Positions 36,721 to 49,700 of a stretch of 64,000 nt of DNA are shown piece by piece. The translations under genes were made by a program, and so were the position numbers. Every line of letters starts with the position of its first letter. The stretch's first letter is position 1. Origin of the DNA: Marsupella aquatica (Eukaryota; Plantae; Marchantiophyta); assembly GCA_973895155.1 (NCBI GenBank), contig OZ316896.1, positions 22,959,722 through 23,023,721 on the forward strand, given 5' to 3'. The notes beneath the pieces were generated by a model. The model did not search any database and was not told the DNA's origin. It saw only the letters and a program-made list of their open reading frames with translations.

Positions 36721-39336
36721 ATATGGGCTTGAGGATTTGGTGGAGTATATTCAATGGAGTGTGACACTCCTCTCAAGGGAGCCCATTCGATGGCTACTAA
36801 AACACCAAATACAAAGACCACCCATGCTAATGATAAAAATTCAAGAATATTCTTCTATCCTTCCAGATATACCAGGAAACAATTTCTCTGAGTGAGTGGT
36901 TTATAGCAATGAGTGTTGTATGCAATGAAAAGCAACATATTTCAGTTGATGCTTTTGATTGCATTTACTACGGACCCTGAAAAGATGTCTCAAAAAGGAG
37001 GGGGACAAATAGTGTTCGGAGTGACTAACTGCAGAGGGAAAGCCCTTGTGACTACGAGCCGAGGAGGGCAAGCTGAGTGTTATTTTGTTGATTCACACTG
37101 ACGATGACCCTTCAGTCACTGACCTGGGTTGGCTGACTAGAGAGCTGATAGAGCATGTCAAAACAATGTCATAAATGAGATACTGCCAAGGCCATAAATT
37201 AAAGTGTTTTATGACCAAGACCTTAAACAAAATGACACAAGGTGTACATTTGGTGTGCACTGAGTTTGTTTTAGAAATCAGTTCTTTCTCACTCATTACA
37301 AGAAGTGCTGGAAATTCCATGAGATTTGTTTGAAAGGTTGGATGCACAATATGGGAATTTGAAATTAGTGAGAAAAGACGAGCTCTGTTGAAAGGTTGGG
37401 TGCACAATACTGGAATCTGAAATTAGTAAGGCAGTCAGAAGAGCTCTGACTGGAATAGCAAAGATCTGGGATAGCAAATATTAAAAATATCAAGGGAGGT
37501 GTCAATATAAATTTTTAAGACACATTGAAATAAAAATAAGCAACAACAACAAAAAAACATTGAAATAAAAATAAGCAACAACAACAAAAAATAGTAGTAA
37601 GACAAAATAATGGAAGGTCAAAAAATAGTAATAAGACAAAATAATGGAAGATGCCATATATTAAGGTGAAGCTTGCTTTTGTCTAAAGCGTCATCAAGAT
37701 CGGGACTTCGGTACTTCGGTACTTTTGCTATGTTATGAGCTGCCGTAGCTGCATGGCGGCGAAATAATTGCAGACGAGTTATGAGTACTTTGTGACTTAA
37801 AAAGCTCCTACTGTACTGCCAATTCTAGAAGGAAAGCACATACGGGATGCAAACAATTCCAATAATTCCACTTCGTTTTCTCCCCACACGCGTTACAACT
37901 TCCTAGGCCCCACTGCCCATGCTACATCAGGCACGGAATCTATGAGCTCAAGGCTCGCAATTGGATCTCTCAGCAATGTCATGGCCCAATGGCACACTCC
38001 TGGCTCCTGCATTGCTTCAGTTTACGCGTACTAGCGTGGACATTAGTCTTCGATCCCCGCTTGATAGTGTAGCTGACCAGTGATCAAAATAGAAGCTTCA
38101 TTGGAAGCGGGATTGGAAGCTAGCTAGTGCAATTCGAAAGGTCAGCTTTCACAATCCCAATGGTTTCTATCGCTCATATATACTAGTTGTGGTGACTTTC
38201 TGATTCTAAGCCCGACTGTAACAGATCTGTCATCGTCCATGGACCTTAGATAGAAATATGCCGTCAGGAGTGCACTCTCACCCGGGCTTCATCATGGGCT
38301 GTCCGTGGACGTACGTCGAAGAGTTTGGTTAAAAGCAGGAATCAGAGGTTTAGTAATTAAGTTTCCCAAACTTCCCCAGACCTTAGCTCACTTCATGATC
38401 ATATCCAGTTGATGAGATGTTAAGTGACAATCTGAATCCCGTTACCGATGACCCCGCCGATGACTGAATTTCAACCGAGTACGTAGAGTATTTGCATGCG
38501 AAGCTCGGTGTCCAGTTAGGAGGTGCCTCGGTTTCCGATCCGTGTTATGTACTTGTACCAGTGAACGGCATTACTTCTCGTTCAATCAAACATATTTAGT
38601 GTTCTCACAAAGCATTCACGAAGCTTGCAACTCCTATATAAGCTCCTTGGCAATTCTCAATTGGTTGTGGATCAATCTGTTCTTTCTCGTTGAGTCCGGA
38701 AAGAGTCCAAAAACTTAGTGCCCACCTGCGTCCTCGTGTGTGAATTTACCCCTTTCGAATGAATCCCCACGGGTTCGCGAGCTTTTGCCAGGTCAACTTC
38801 AGCGTTCGATGCATGATTAATTCTACAGCGGCCCGAAACCGTCTGGATTTGAAGGACGATTAATACAGCTCCATAAATTTGAGTCGGACATCGGTTGGTG
38901 GCTCACATCTCTTACAGTTCGACAATCCCACGGATCTGCAGCTCAGTCTCCGGAGTCTAAGTACCAGAATGACAACCGTAAGTCGAGAAACGTTCCAGAA
39001 TGTCACGTGGAGAATCGCAGAACAAAAGTTCAACAGTGTGGCCCGAAGGTAAGTTTCTTTATGACAGGAAACTTCATCGATTTCAAAGTGCGCTTATCTA
39101 ATGTTTCAACATATCGTTGATTAGCTCATCTCGTCGCAAAGCTCCCGCAGATTTCGAAGCAGCGGCTCAATTCCCTACGCGTAGAAATGCACAGGACAAG
39201 AAATGGGAGAGAGCTCTGCTCCTAGCTTGGTTCCGAATGTGGATGGCCAAAAGTCAACTTAAAAGGACCTGCGTGCCTGGATCGTGCTCAGGAAATAAGT
39301 GAGTCAGGTCGCTTAACACGATACTCAAAACGGGAT

Positions 39337-39780
39337 GAAATTGAGAATGCAAGACGACGGCAAGGCTGATGGCAGTGAGGCCCAATAAAGAAGCTCAGGA
39401 AATAAGGGATTCAGAGCGCTCAACAAAATACTCGAGACGATATGAAATTGAGAATGCAAGAATGACCGCAGTGAGGCCCAATAAAGAAGCTCAGGAAATA
39501 AGGGATTCAGAGCGCTCAACAAAAATACTCGAGACGATATGAAATTGAGAATGCAAGACTGACCGCAATGAGGCCCAATAAAGAAGCTCAGGAAATAAGG
39601 GATTCAGAGCGCTCAACAAAATACTCGAGACGATATGAAATTGAGAATGCAAGACTGACCGCAGTGAGGCCCAATAAAGAAGCTCAGGAAATAAGGGATT
39701 CAGAGCGCTCAGCAAAATACTCGAAACGATATGAAATTGATAATGCAAGACTTATGGCAGTGAGGGTCCATAAAGAAGCC
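39337..39780 (+). repeat. 96-bp tandem repeat x~4.5 (32-codon unit)
   Basis: GAAATTGAGAATGCAAGA recurs at ~39337, 39444, 39541, 39637 and 39733; one unit has an extra A (39521-39525). Confidence 0.9.
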
Positions 39781-41125
39781 TCTGCGAAGGAAAACACTAT
39801 CAGACAACGAGCTACACTGTTCGCTTGTCGTAATTGGTCTTCTCTTAGAATTAGCATTTGTCCCTCATTAATCTTGGTGACCCTACTGTAAGAGTGCTCC
39901 CAGCTTCAGAAAAAATAACACCAAACGCACAGGTTTTTCGTACTAACCTTATTTTGGATTGCAATTCCATGACACAGTAATTCCTGATTGCCAAGTCCTA
40001 AAATTGTTGTGCTATCGCAATTTATCTTTGTTCGTGTTCTCTATCTCTTACTCAAAATCTTGCTCATGATGCATGCAAATGTGCTCAATCTGTCTGGTCG
40101 TGATTGAAAAGTGTAACCCTTGATTGTTTCGATTGATTTCGCTCATGGCCATGTTGCGATCCAAATAGTGTTGTGCGTAAGAAATACATGGTTTACCACT
40201 TGTGACCTAAGTTAAAAAGACATAGGTACTTTCGGGCCCGAATCTTTTTGCAGCGTTTGAAATGCCATGTTGAATATGAATATGATCAAATGACCCTTTA
40301 TCTTGATGAAACTGGAACCATCGACTCTGGTGCAGTTAGTATCAAATGCTGATGAAGTGCCCTCTTGAGTTTGTGTCTTTTTCTTTTTTTTTACTCCAAA
40401 AAATCCCAAAGGAAGGGACGGAAACCCCAACAACAACCAACCGGGTACAAAAGCCGCCCAGGAAGGGGCACGGCCCAACACAACGAAACACACATTAAGA
40501 TTGCATAGAAGGCCTCACAGAAACATCGCCAGAAGTTGCCTAAAGGCATCTCAGCAGATGAGTACATTCCGTTGTAAAGAACAGTCCACTGAAGGGTGGG
40601 AATTCTGATCAAATTGGGAGGGAAGAAAACGATCATATACATTGGAAAGGAGTGATACAAGGTTAGCAAATGACTCCTAATACTAGCAACTGCTGTCACT
40701 AGAGCCAGACTTAGTTCTTCACCCGCTGAATATTCTTCAAGAGCCAAAGTTGGTTTAGTTTCATTGGCAACCGCGCTTACGTTAAAAATTCTTAAAACTC
40801 TTGCTTCACCGACAATTCTTCAAGAGCCAAAGTTGGTTTAGTTTCGTTGGCAACCGCGCTTCCGTTGAAAATTCTAAAAATTCTTACATGTTGATTGTCA
40901 AAAGGAGACATTTCTAAAGGCCAACCTACAAACTGATACTGTTGGAGACCAGTAGGATAGACAAATATGTACTTCTCCTCCGAGTTGCTTTGCCAATCCT
41001 GTTTCCCGTCCGTCAATCTTCCCTTGTTGAGATCACTAAATACATAGCCCTAATGTGAAGTCATGCACAGCTGAGATCCATTTATCCTTATTTGGTCTAT
41101 TTTCCACTTCGCCAACAAGTCTGCA

Positions 41126-41282
41126 TTTACACTCACGAGCATGCAAACTAGGGAGCACTTATACTCACGAGCATGCAAACTAGGGAGCACTCATACTCAC
41201 GAGCATGCAAACTAGGGAGCACTTATACTCAAGAGCATGCACACCAGGGAGCACTTACACTCACGAGCATGCAAACTAGGGA
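41126..41282. repeat. 32-bp tandem repeat x5
   Basis: CACTTATACTCACGAGCATGCAAACTAGGGAG units. Confidence 0.9.
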
Positions 41283-42006
41283 AGCATCGCAATCCAGCTG
41301 CCTCAAAGTGCAACAACCTCGGCGTCACCGTGTTCTCACAGAACACCTAATGATGTCCCCATATATCTGACTCTTGTTGAACTTGATCTGGGCCGAGAAG
41401 GCCACCGTTCCTATCTTCCGCTGCAGACATGGTCTCACTGGATTTCTTCGAACAAACGGAACAGGTCCTTCTCCTGATCCGCCTTGAACCCGAATTCTTG
41501 GAAAGGTGTGTAGTCGGCCCTACGGAGGAATGACCTTTAGTTGAACGTCATCAGGACAAAAAATTCATACCCTGCCAAATGTCCACCTCCGAGGCACAAC
41601 TTTGAAACCCCACGAGGTATGACTCCTCTTTACTCGAGGACCCGCCATTGTCGACACTGTCGCGAAAATACTGTGCTTAAATCACTCGAAGTCAAAATAC
41701 TTCACTCCCAGAGGAAATCAATAACTCAGATCAACTGACAGAAATTCCAATCGATGCAATGAAGCCCAACAGAACCAGTCACGATTTGTAAATTGAGCAC
41801 ATCAGACGGATAGCTTACCAAGTCGCTTGTTTCAAGTCTAGCCATTCTGCAACCAATTCCAAGGAATGTCCTCCTTTCTTTCACAAGCAACCGACTGCAA
41901 TTCACCAGAATTGTAAAGGTTGTAACAGATAACAGAGGACTGCAGGCAAGGGCTTAGGGTTTAGAACCAACTACTGTACAGCTAACAATTGCACCCGTGC
42001 CACTAC

Positions 42007-44517
42007 TCATTCCGGCTTTAGAATCGCTTCCCCTTCCTTAGGACTAGCTCCAAATTTCAAAGGATTCTCCCCCTTGATGAACCAACCCAGGCCATAGAAG
42101 GTCAGACCGGCCAGAATCGCCGTTCCCCACGCATGCGCGTACCACATGCTGTACATCCGGGTCGCATACCTCCACTGCTCCTGAAGCGTCACCGGATCGG
42201 GATTAGTAGCGTCCGGAGGATTGATGCTTTGATGATGATGAGGGACGGAAGGAGGAGTTTTAGTAGCCGGTGGTGGTGGTGGTGGTGAAGATGAAGAAGA
42301 TGAAGCCGATGAAGAGGAAGAGAAGCGAGGATGGCCAACGGGATTCCGAATCCCGCCATACGAGAGAAAGTGCTCCTGACGCTGCTGCCGCCATCGCTGA
42401 AATCCGAAAATCCATTCAGTTCTCTCTACACAAAGAATTCGTGAATGCGTTGCTGAATTATAAACAATAATTTCACATATGTTGGCCTTCCACAGACCTT
42501 ATCCGTCTCAATTTGAGCAATGACTTCATCAGTCTGCACAGAATCACCCTCCGCTGCCATCCCGAGGCACAATTACAGTCAGGAAGTATTAGTACGAACC
42601 CAAAGCGGGACCAGAACTTATTTCAGCATTGGGAAGCGACTGAGAGCACTCACAAGCAAGGAAGGAGGTCTCAAGCCAGTTAATATGCTCACTCTTCAAG
42701 ATTTTAGCAATATTTCCATCTGGAACCGAGTCTCCCATAAACGGGACCACCACTTCTCCAGGAGCAGTATGTCAAGGCCATGAGAAGAGAGCCATTCTAA
42801 TAAAAGTCAATTTGACACTTCCGAATCAACTAGGGCCTGACTCAAATGAGATGTGCAGGAGGGAGCCACAATAGTCCCGCATAACTGTAAGAATGAGTGA
42901 TTAAGGACGCTCCACCATCGTTGCCAACGTGGCATGGAAGGAAGCCTCCACCTAGTCAATATGATACTACTACTAAGAATTACATTTCCCACAAAGCATT
43001 TAAGAAATATCACGACTTGTGGTCTGGTGGGCAAAGAAGCACCGCAGAGAGGGGCAGGAATCACAAAGAAACTAAATACCTGCCTGTCACTCCAGGATAA
43101 CGCAAAATTCCTTTATTATGAGCACAGCGCTCTATCGCACTGACTTTGCGCAGTGAAAACCTAAAATTTTCAAAATGCGTGTATTTCATGAGTTCGTCAG
43201 ATGTCACCACAAGCCTGCGGCAGAGTATGTACCTGCTTCGGATACAAATCCTCTGCTTTTGCATTGCTCCCAAATCACTCGCTTGAGATATGGACGACCA
43301 CTGCAAGATTTAAACAATGAGTCAAGACTACTGTCTGATCCATATTCCTGAAAATATTTTGTCAACGGCTATACTCCCCAACTAATGAAGGTTACTAAAC
43401 TAAACGAGAGACCATTCTTCTCCCAGAGTACACCACCCATTTGTAGTGCAATATCACTCTCTGTAGATATCCATAACCTAGCTGAATACAGCTGCCCTAG
43501 TTGTTCCTCAGGTCCTACAGCTAAAATTGAGGACAGTCCAAAAAGACAGAATCAATTGTAGTGTAAACATAAAAGAACACTGACATGCCTGGCAAATCAA
43601 CGACATGACATGCCCACGGCGACCACTAGAGTTCCTTCTTCAAAACTACCAATATACAAAGAAGGTTGTGGGTAACAAACCTCGGCTGCACATTCCGAGA
43701 GATATGATCTGCCACACCCACCGCGACGAATAAAGCAGATTGAGATGAGACACGAAAGTCACAAAATTCGTCATTTAACCGAAAGAAGAGATTGCTAAAA
43801 ACTTATTACTTTTAATTCCCTCAACTTCACATACCTACTGCGGCGACGAAATGTCGCTGATTTTGAGGTCTACGTCGGAGCTCGACCGGCTGCACGACGA
43901 CATGGAACAACAAGAAGATCAAAAGTCATTGGTTACCATTGAGGTGGTGGCAACCATGCTCATGGCATGAGGCAATTTAAATCATAACATCCACATGCTA
44001 CAAAAAGAAAGACAGGATCTCCCGATCTGCCAAATTCTCGACTAGAGTGAAATAGTTTAGGTCTCCAAGACATGTACAGAGAGTCATTCAGAAGCTCCGA
44101 CGGACCGCAAAAATCTACTACACTAACCCGACGAGACTTTCTCCCCTTTTCGAGGAGGAAATAAAAAGTGAAGTTAAAAGGCGTCCACTCTAAATTCGAA
44201 AAAGATCAGATTTGAAAGTGAGAGCCTGATTTTCATTATCGTCATGCACAGACATACGGTTAGGGAGTTCTTGCTCAAGATATGATTCAGTGTGATGTAA
44301 TCGAATGAAGAAATGAATGACAGACAGGAAGCTGACTTGGCTTAATCAAAGACGCCTTGGAAATGAAATGATTGAAGCACATGACATGCGAGACAATCAA
44401 CAAAGATTTTGCTAGAATCTCATCACTCACCTCGAGGACGCGGCCAGATGATGCGCGAGCGGAGGCACCACGGAAGGTCCTCGAGGCACGCAGCAAGCGC
44501 AGTCCAGCGCGGTCCAT
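42007..44517 (-). CDS. Small plant single-pass membrane protein with a probable mitochondrial presequence (2 exons predicted)
   Basis: Exon 1 at 44517-44431 (MDRAGLRLLRASRTFRGASARASSGRVLE|gtgagt) joins in phase 0 to a tttcag acceptor at exon 2 (42396-42007). Exon 2 ends NPPD..TLQEQWRYATRMYSMWYAHAWGTAILAGLTFYGLGWFIKGENPL, a pattern I recognise from uncharacterised land-plant proteins. The exon join is inferred. Confidence 0.65.
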
Positions 44518-46419
44518 CACGACGCCGTGCTCACGCTCACATCAAATCACAGGAACATACGATTTCTTCTCCTCACTCAATCTTCAATTCTTCACTCTCG
44601 TAGACCACTCAAACGAGACAAAGGTCTTGAAAATAGGAATCAGTGCCCCCCAACGCCAGAGAAGAGTATCCCCACTCCTCTGTTCTCTTTTCACCTCGTC
44701 TCTTCTCGTGAATCCTCTTCTTCCCAATCCGATCCAATCCAAGGTCCTTCACAAATGTCAGCCTACGGTAGTCTATATGATGAACTATCTTTGTCACATT
44801 GGCAGACGAAGAAAACCATTCAATATTAAGCATTCACTTGAACCAAAGCAATCCAAGTATATATCACATTACCAAAAAAACAGGAACGCCAAACCCAAAG
44901 GGCAAAAGAACCCAATAAGGGGGGGAAGGAAAGACCCCAAGAAGACCAAAGGACATCCCACAAAAACAAAACAAAACTAAGAAGCAAGCAACAAACAGGG
45001 CCCCCTATCCTGGGCCCCTTGCAAGGGGTCGAGGGTGATGGGGGCAGATAATTTTGACCATGCTTACTTGGTGGGGTCTGGGGTGATGGGAGCATGGAAG
45101 CATGGGACACCGTCTGAGAGAGAGTGACGGGGATAGAGGGAGGGAGCAAAGGAGACGAGGGAGCTGCCGTTTGGGTCCTGTTCCACTGACCAGTTTTTTT
45201 AATTTAGTGGCCAAAAATCACTAGAATCCACCTCTCTAGAAACTTTTGGCCACTTTCGATTGAAATCTGTTTTCCACTGATTTACCAATCAGGTAAATTG
45301 CAATGAGAACCTATAGTTGGGGTTTAGGTTTTTAGAATGAAGCCTCTAGACAGCAACTTACTCGAGGCCCCCACCAAAATTCATGTGGATGAAAAGAACC
45401 ATGGGATCATTGATGTGTAGTCAAAATGATATCATGGTGATTTTTGTTATCATGTCTGTTTAACATTTAAAGAATTGGCATTCGAGCTCCTCTATATAAC
45501 TAATTTAACATTTAAAGAATTGGCATTCGAGCTCCTCTATATAACTAATTACAGTGAGAAGTTAGAGTTGGCGTCTAGGCTCCTAGAAAGAACCTCTCTA
45601 GGACACCACCAAAGTTTAGGTGGATACCAGGACCCTAAGATGTTAAATATATTAAAATGATGATTATACATCATGCTTATTGTCATCGTTGAATGGGCAT
45701 TCAGGTTAGTCCTTGTGAAATATAGGAGACTGCATGGTTGGCCTACACTTAGCCATGTTGCACTTACACACATTTCATTGTACAGGTCACATTTAAGTGT
45801 AAACGCTGCTGTCTGAGCTAACATAAACATTCTGAGCAATGTCATCCGAGCTTTGCGAGTCGGGCTTGTCTTTGTGAAAATAGTGGACAGCATAGTTGGC
45901 CTGCACTAATCCACAGAATGCATTTCTCCACACTCCACTTACATCGCCACTAAACATATTTGAATTTACAATATTGTCATTATTTTTTTTGTATTTACAA
46001 AAATACCAGGCCTTATATAGTTCCCTTGGTAAATTAGTCATCCATATACTAAACCATGATAATTTTGTAAATACCAAAAATAAACAGTGGTTAGAACATC
46101 TTTAGTGGCAAAGTGCTTAAAAGGGTAAGTGTACAAGCTACTATCTGAGCGAATTTAAACGTTCTGAGCACGGTCATCCGAGCTTTGCGAGTCCATCTTG
46201 GTCTACCAGACAACGTCTCAGTCCATACCAGCTTTTTCCAAGTTTAGGGCACCCAGACAATCCGATGGACTTCTCGAGTCGTTCCAGAATCGATTTCTGT
46301 GTGCAACGAAGCTTTTTTTGCATTCGAGTAGCAGGACGGTTCATTAGCTCCGCTCTCTACTCTGAATTCTCGTGACAAATTCAATAGTGATTTAAATTGA
46401 GTCCATTGTTACTCTTGTG

Positions 46420-46489
46420 ATTGAATTGAATCGAATTGAATCGAATTGGATTGAATTGGACTGAATTGAATTGAATTGAATTGAATTGA
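46420..46489. repeat. (ATTGA)n pentanucleotide microsatellite
   Basis: TTGAATTGAATCGAATTGAA... run upstream of the FBL11-like gene. Confidence 0.85.
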
Positions 46490-46711
46490 TAGCAGCTCCG
46501 ATATGTAACTGTGATGAGGGCTAGAGTGAAAACCCAATTTGTTCGTATGCCTCCTTTTGAGCAAACTTGAAACAGAGTAATGAGAGCGGACTAGCGAGCT
46601 GAACTGGAGACTGGACAGAAGTAGATCAGTCTGTGGAGGATTCGGGAATGGCGGTCTCGGAGAAGAATCTTTGTTGATATCAGGCAAACGAGCTTCAACA
46701 CGTTCTCCACC

Positions 46712-49700
46712 ATGGACAATGTCATATTAGAGCTCCATTGGGACCACCATTCCACGCCAAGCGGCCCTGGCCCCAGCACGAGTACCAGTTTCTCGGTGAT
46801 TGAAGCATTGACCTTAACAAGAGAAGAGTGGGCTGCACTGACTGATAACGTTGGAGACCGGCATTTGGAAATTTCGGCTCCACGAAAAGTGTGAGTAGAG
46901 TGTGAGCTGGTCTCTTCTCGCCTATCGTAGGTGCCACTGGCACATTGTGTTACCGATTGGGGAATTCCTTACGTATTGCCACCTGAATTATCAATAGCAA
47001 TTATCCTCTATTGAAGGTTGCTCTAGCCTAGATCCCGAGGACTAGTCTCCATGTTAGATTCTGGTCGTTAATTTCAGCTTGAAGGGATTCCTAGACGGTA
47101 TGAAAGTATGCAGGAAGCAAGAGGATTCTCAGTGGCATTGCAAATAAGTTGAAAGACCGGTCAAGCGGAGATCATATGACCTTGGAGTGTCAAAAGAGTA
47201 GGGAGAATTAATTTTGGTCTCATCAGTCACCTGAACTTTATGTGCAACGCACCAAATGTGCAATAAGCAAACTTATGCATGGGGGCGTGTGCTGTGCTGT
47301 ACTGGCAGGTTGACCATGAATTCGACCTATTACCGAGCACTGTTTGGCGAATTCAGGTTCGTTGTGGGTTTGAACCAAGCCCAGCCTATCCTATCAGCTA
47401 ATGCCACCATCCTTGGAAGTCTTGGAAATCTCAGTAGCACATCAAATCCTATCTACTATGGTGTTGTTAGGAAGCCTCCTAATTCGTATCGAGGTGCTGT
47501 TTAATGACCAAAAAAATCGTGGTGTGTCGATTGCATTCGCAGAGAAGCAAGTCTGGGCCGAATATCCGTAAACTGGGATACCGTGACTTTCTTGAATCTC
47601 ATGCAATTTATGTTTACTGGTCACTACAACATGTCTTCTGCAACTGTTGCCAAATTCCTGGAGGTGCCGTGAAATGTATCTGTCCCTATTTTTAATGTCA
47701 TTTTGAGCAGGAAATTTTTGGTATACTGAAGCGAACCTTTAGTCAATACGGAGGTTAGGTTGTGTACGAATCACTGAGCCGTGACTGGTGGTCCAAGTTG
47801 CATGCACTGAAATGTTAGATGGGCACGTTCTAGAATCTAATTCTTTTCTCTCGTTCATAGATTCAATTTTGGTTATTTCATTGGTTTTGTGGAATCATAT
47901 TTGCCGTCTGTAAGTGGAACGTATGCGGTCCTCTCCAGGCTGCTACTTTCTTCGGAGTTGACGCAGCTATTGCGGCGGTGGAGGATTGGGCAAGCTCTGC
48001 CACGTTATCTAGAGACCCCCAAACGGTCAAGGACATACTGCAATATTTACCATCCATCTGGAACACAAGTAGTCTATTAGGTCAGTGTTGTGGGCATCAA
48101 GGCACTCTGTTCTTTCGATGTGCAAGTGCTTCGTAATAATTTGTCATTGCCTAGCTAACTTGGCATGGAAAAGAACGTCCAACATTATGACTTCGTTGCA
48201 ACTCGATGAAATTCATTATTGTTGGCAACTTGCAGGATATCACTCCTTGTCAAAATTTTGTCCAGAGTTTCTGGCAGTCAACTTTGTAGGCACTTCTCTA
48301 CCCAGGAATCCTGCCCTATACGAAAGCTTCCTATTGCTCTGTTTGAATTCATTTTGCTGGCTAGTTAGTATACGTAAATTAGTTGTTGCAAAGACTTGTT
48401 GCCACTGCGGGTTGCCTTATAGAACATTATTCATTAGATTGTTTTGTATCAGGTGGCCGTCATGGGTCTGAGGTCTTTTTTGGATTTGCCGTGCACCCTT
48501 TTGAGAGCCTGCATCGCGCACCCGCAGCTGACCGTCCACAGGTGAATTGCTAGCGTTTTCCAAAACATCACATGGTTGAATGTAAGATGATGCGGTCTTA
48601 TGGTCGGTCGTATTTCACAATCCTTAGATCTTTCCTTCATAAAGTCAGTAATTCTGTTGCAAGCGTTGATCAAGGACAGAAGCGTATGTCTTTGTATTCT
48701 TCGTGGACCTAAATATTTCCACATACGAAGTTATCTCAGGTTTATTGGAAATATTATCTTAATTGTTGAGGTTTGTTCATATCTGTGATAGACATAGCTG
48801 ACCCATATATGGAATCTGACGAACAGTGAAAGGCAATTATGTGAAGCTCTTTTAAGATGGCTTGAGAACCGAGATCAAGGGTCACAATCTGGAGAGCTGA
48901 AGACAGACCAGTCCACAAACATTTTATCTGAGGTCCTATAAAAAATACCCTAATTCTACCTATACCGAAAATTGCGTCTGTTTCTCTTAAAATAGTATAC
49001 CCTTAGAAATGAGGAGCTTATAGTTGTTTAGAGCCTGTACATGTACTCTCAGTTTCTGAAGGCTGTGGGTTGGGACCTAAGTATCAAAAGGCAAACATGA
49101 GAAGATTAGGATATGGCACCTCATCTCATCTCATCCTTGCAATCATGTAACGAGTCACTGAGTGCGCTGATTTTATGCCACTGTATTGTCTCAGACGTGC
49201 ATTGAGACAATACACGTCTCAATGCACGTCTGAGACAATACGATTTGTATGTAGTGTCTCAATATCCGTAATTTTAGGTTTTTCTTTTCCCTCGTAGCAG
49301 TCGTTACGATGTCAGCAATGATCTGCGCTCTTGCTTGTTTCCCAGCAAGACTGATTGCTGTCTGTCCAATGTAGAACTGGAGCTTGTATACAGCAATAAT
49401 CTTCATTGTCTGTATGGTCCAGGTTCAGAGGGCTCTTTTACCTAAAGCTTTTCTCCTTGGTAAGTGTTCCTCATCTAATAATGATGCTATGCATAGCCAA
49501 AGAATGAGTTATGCTGGATGACATACACCGTTTGGAATTCCATCCTTTTTTGTCAACATGATGGGAGTTGCAATTTTAGTCTCTAAAAAAAACGTAACCG
49601 TAGACCATGGTTATTGGATGACTTGCAGGACGTTTGAAAGACGAAAGTCATATAGATGCTTCGAACTCTATAATTCGTATCACAGACTATCTAGAGGTAT

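Noticed and set aside
44372-44980. 202-aa plus-strand ORF
   Set aside because: Overlaps exon 1 and the promoter of the minus-strand gene; composition is low-complexity and not domain-like.
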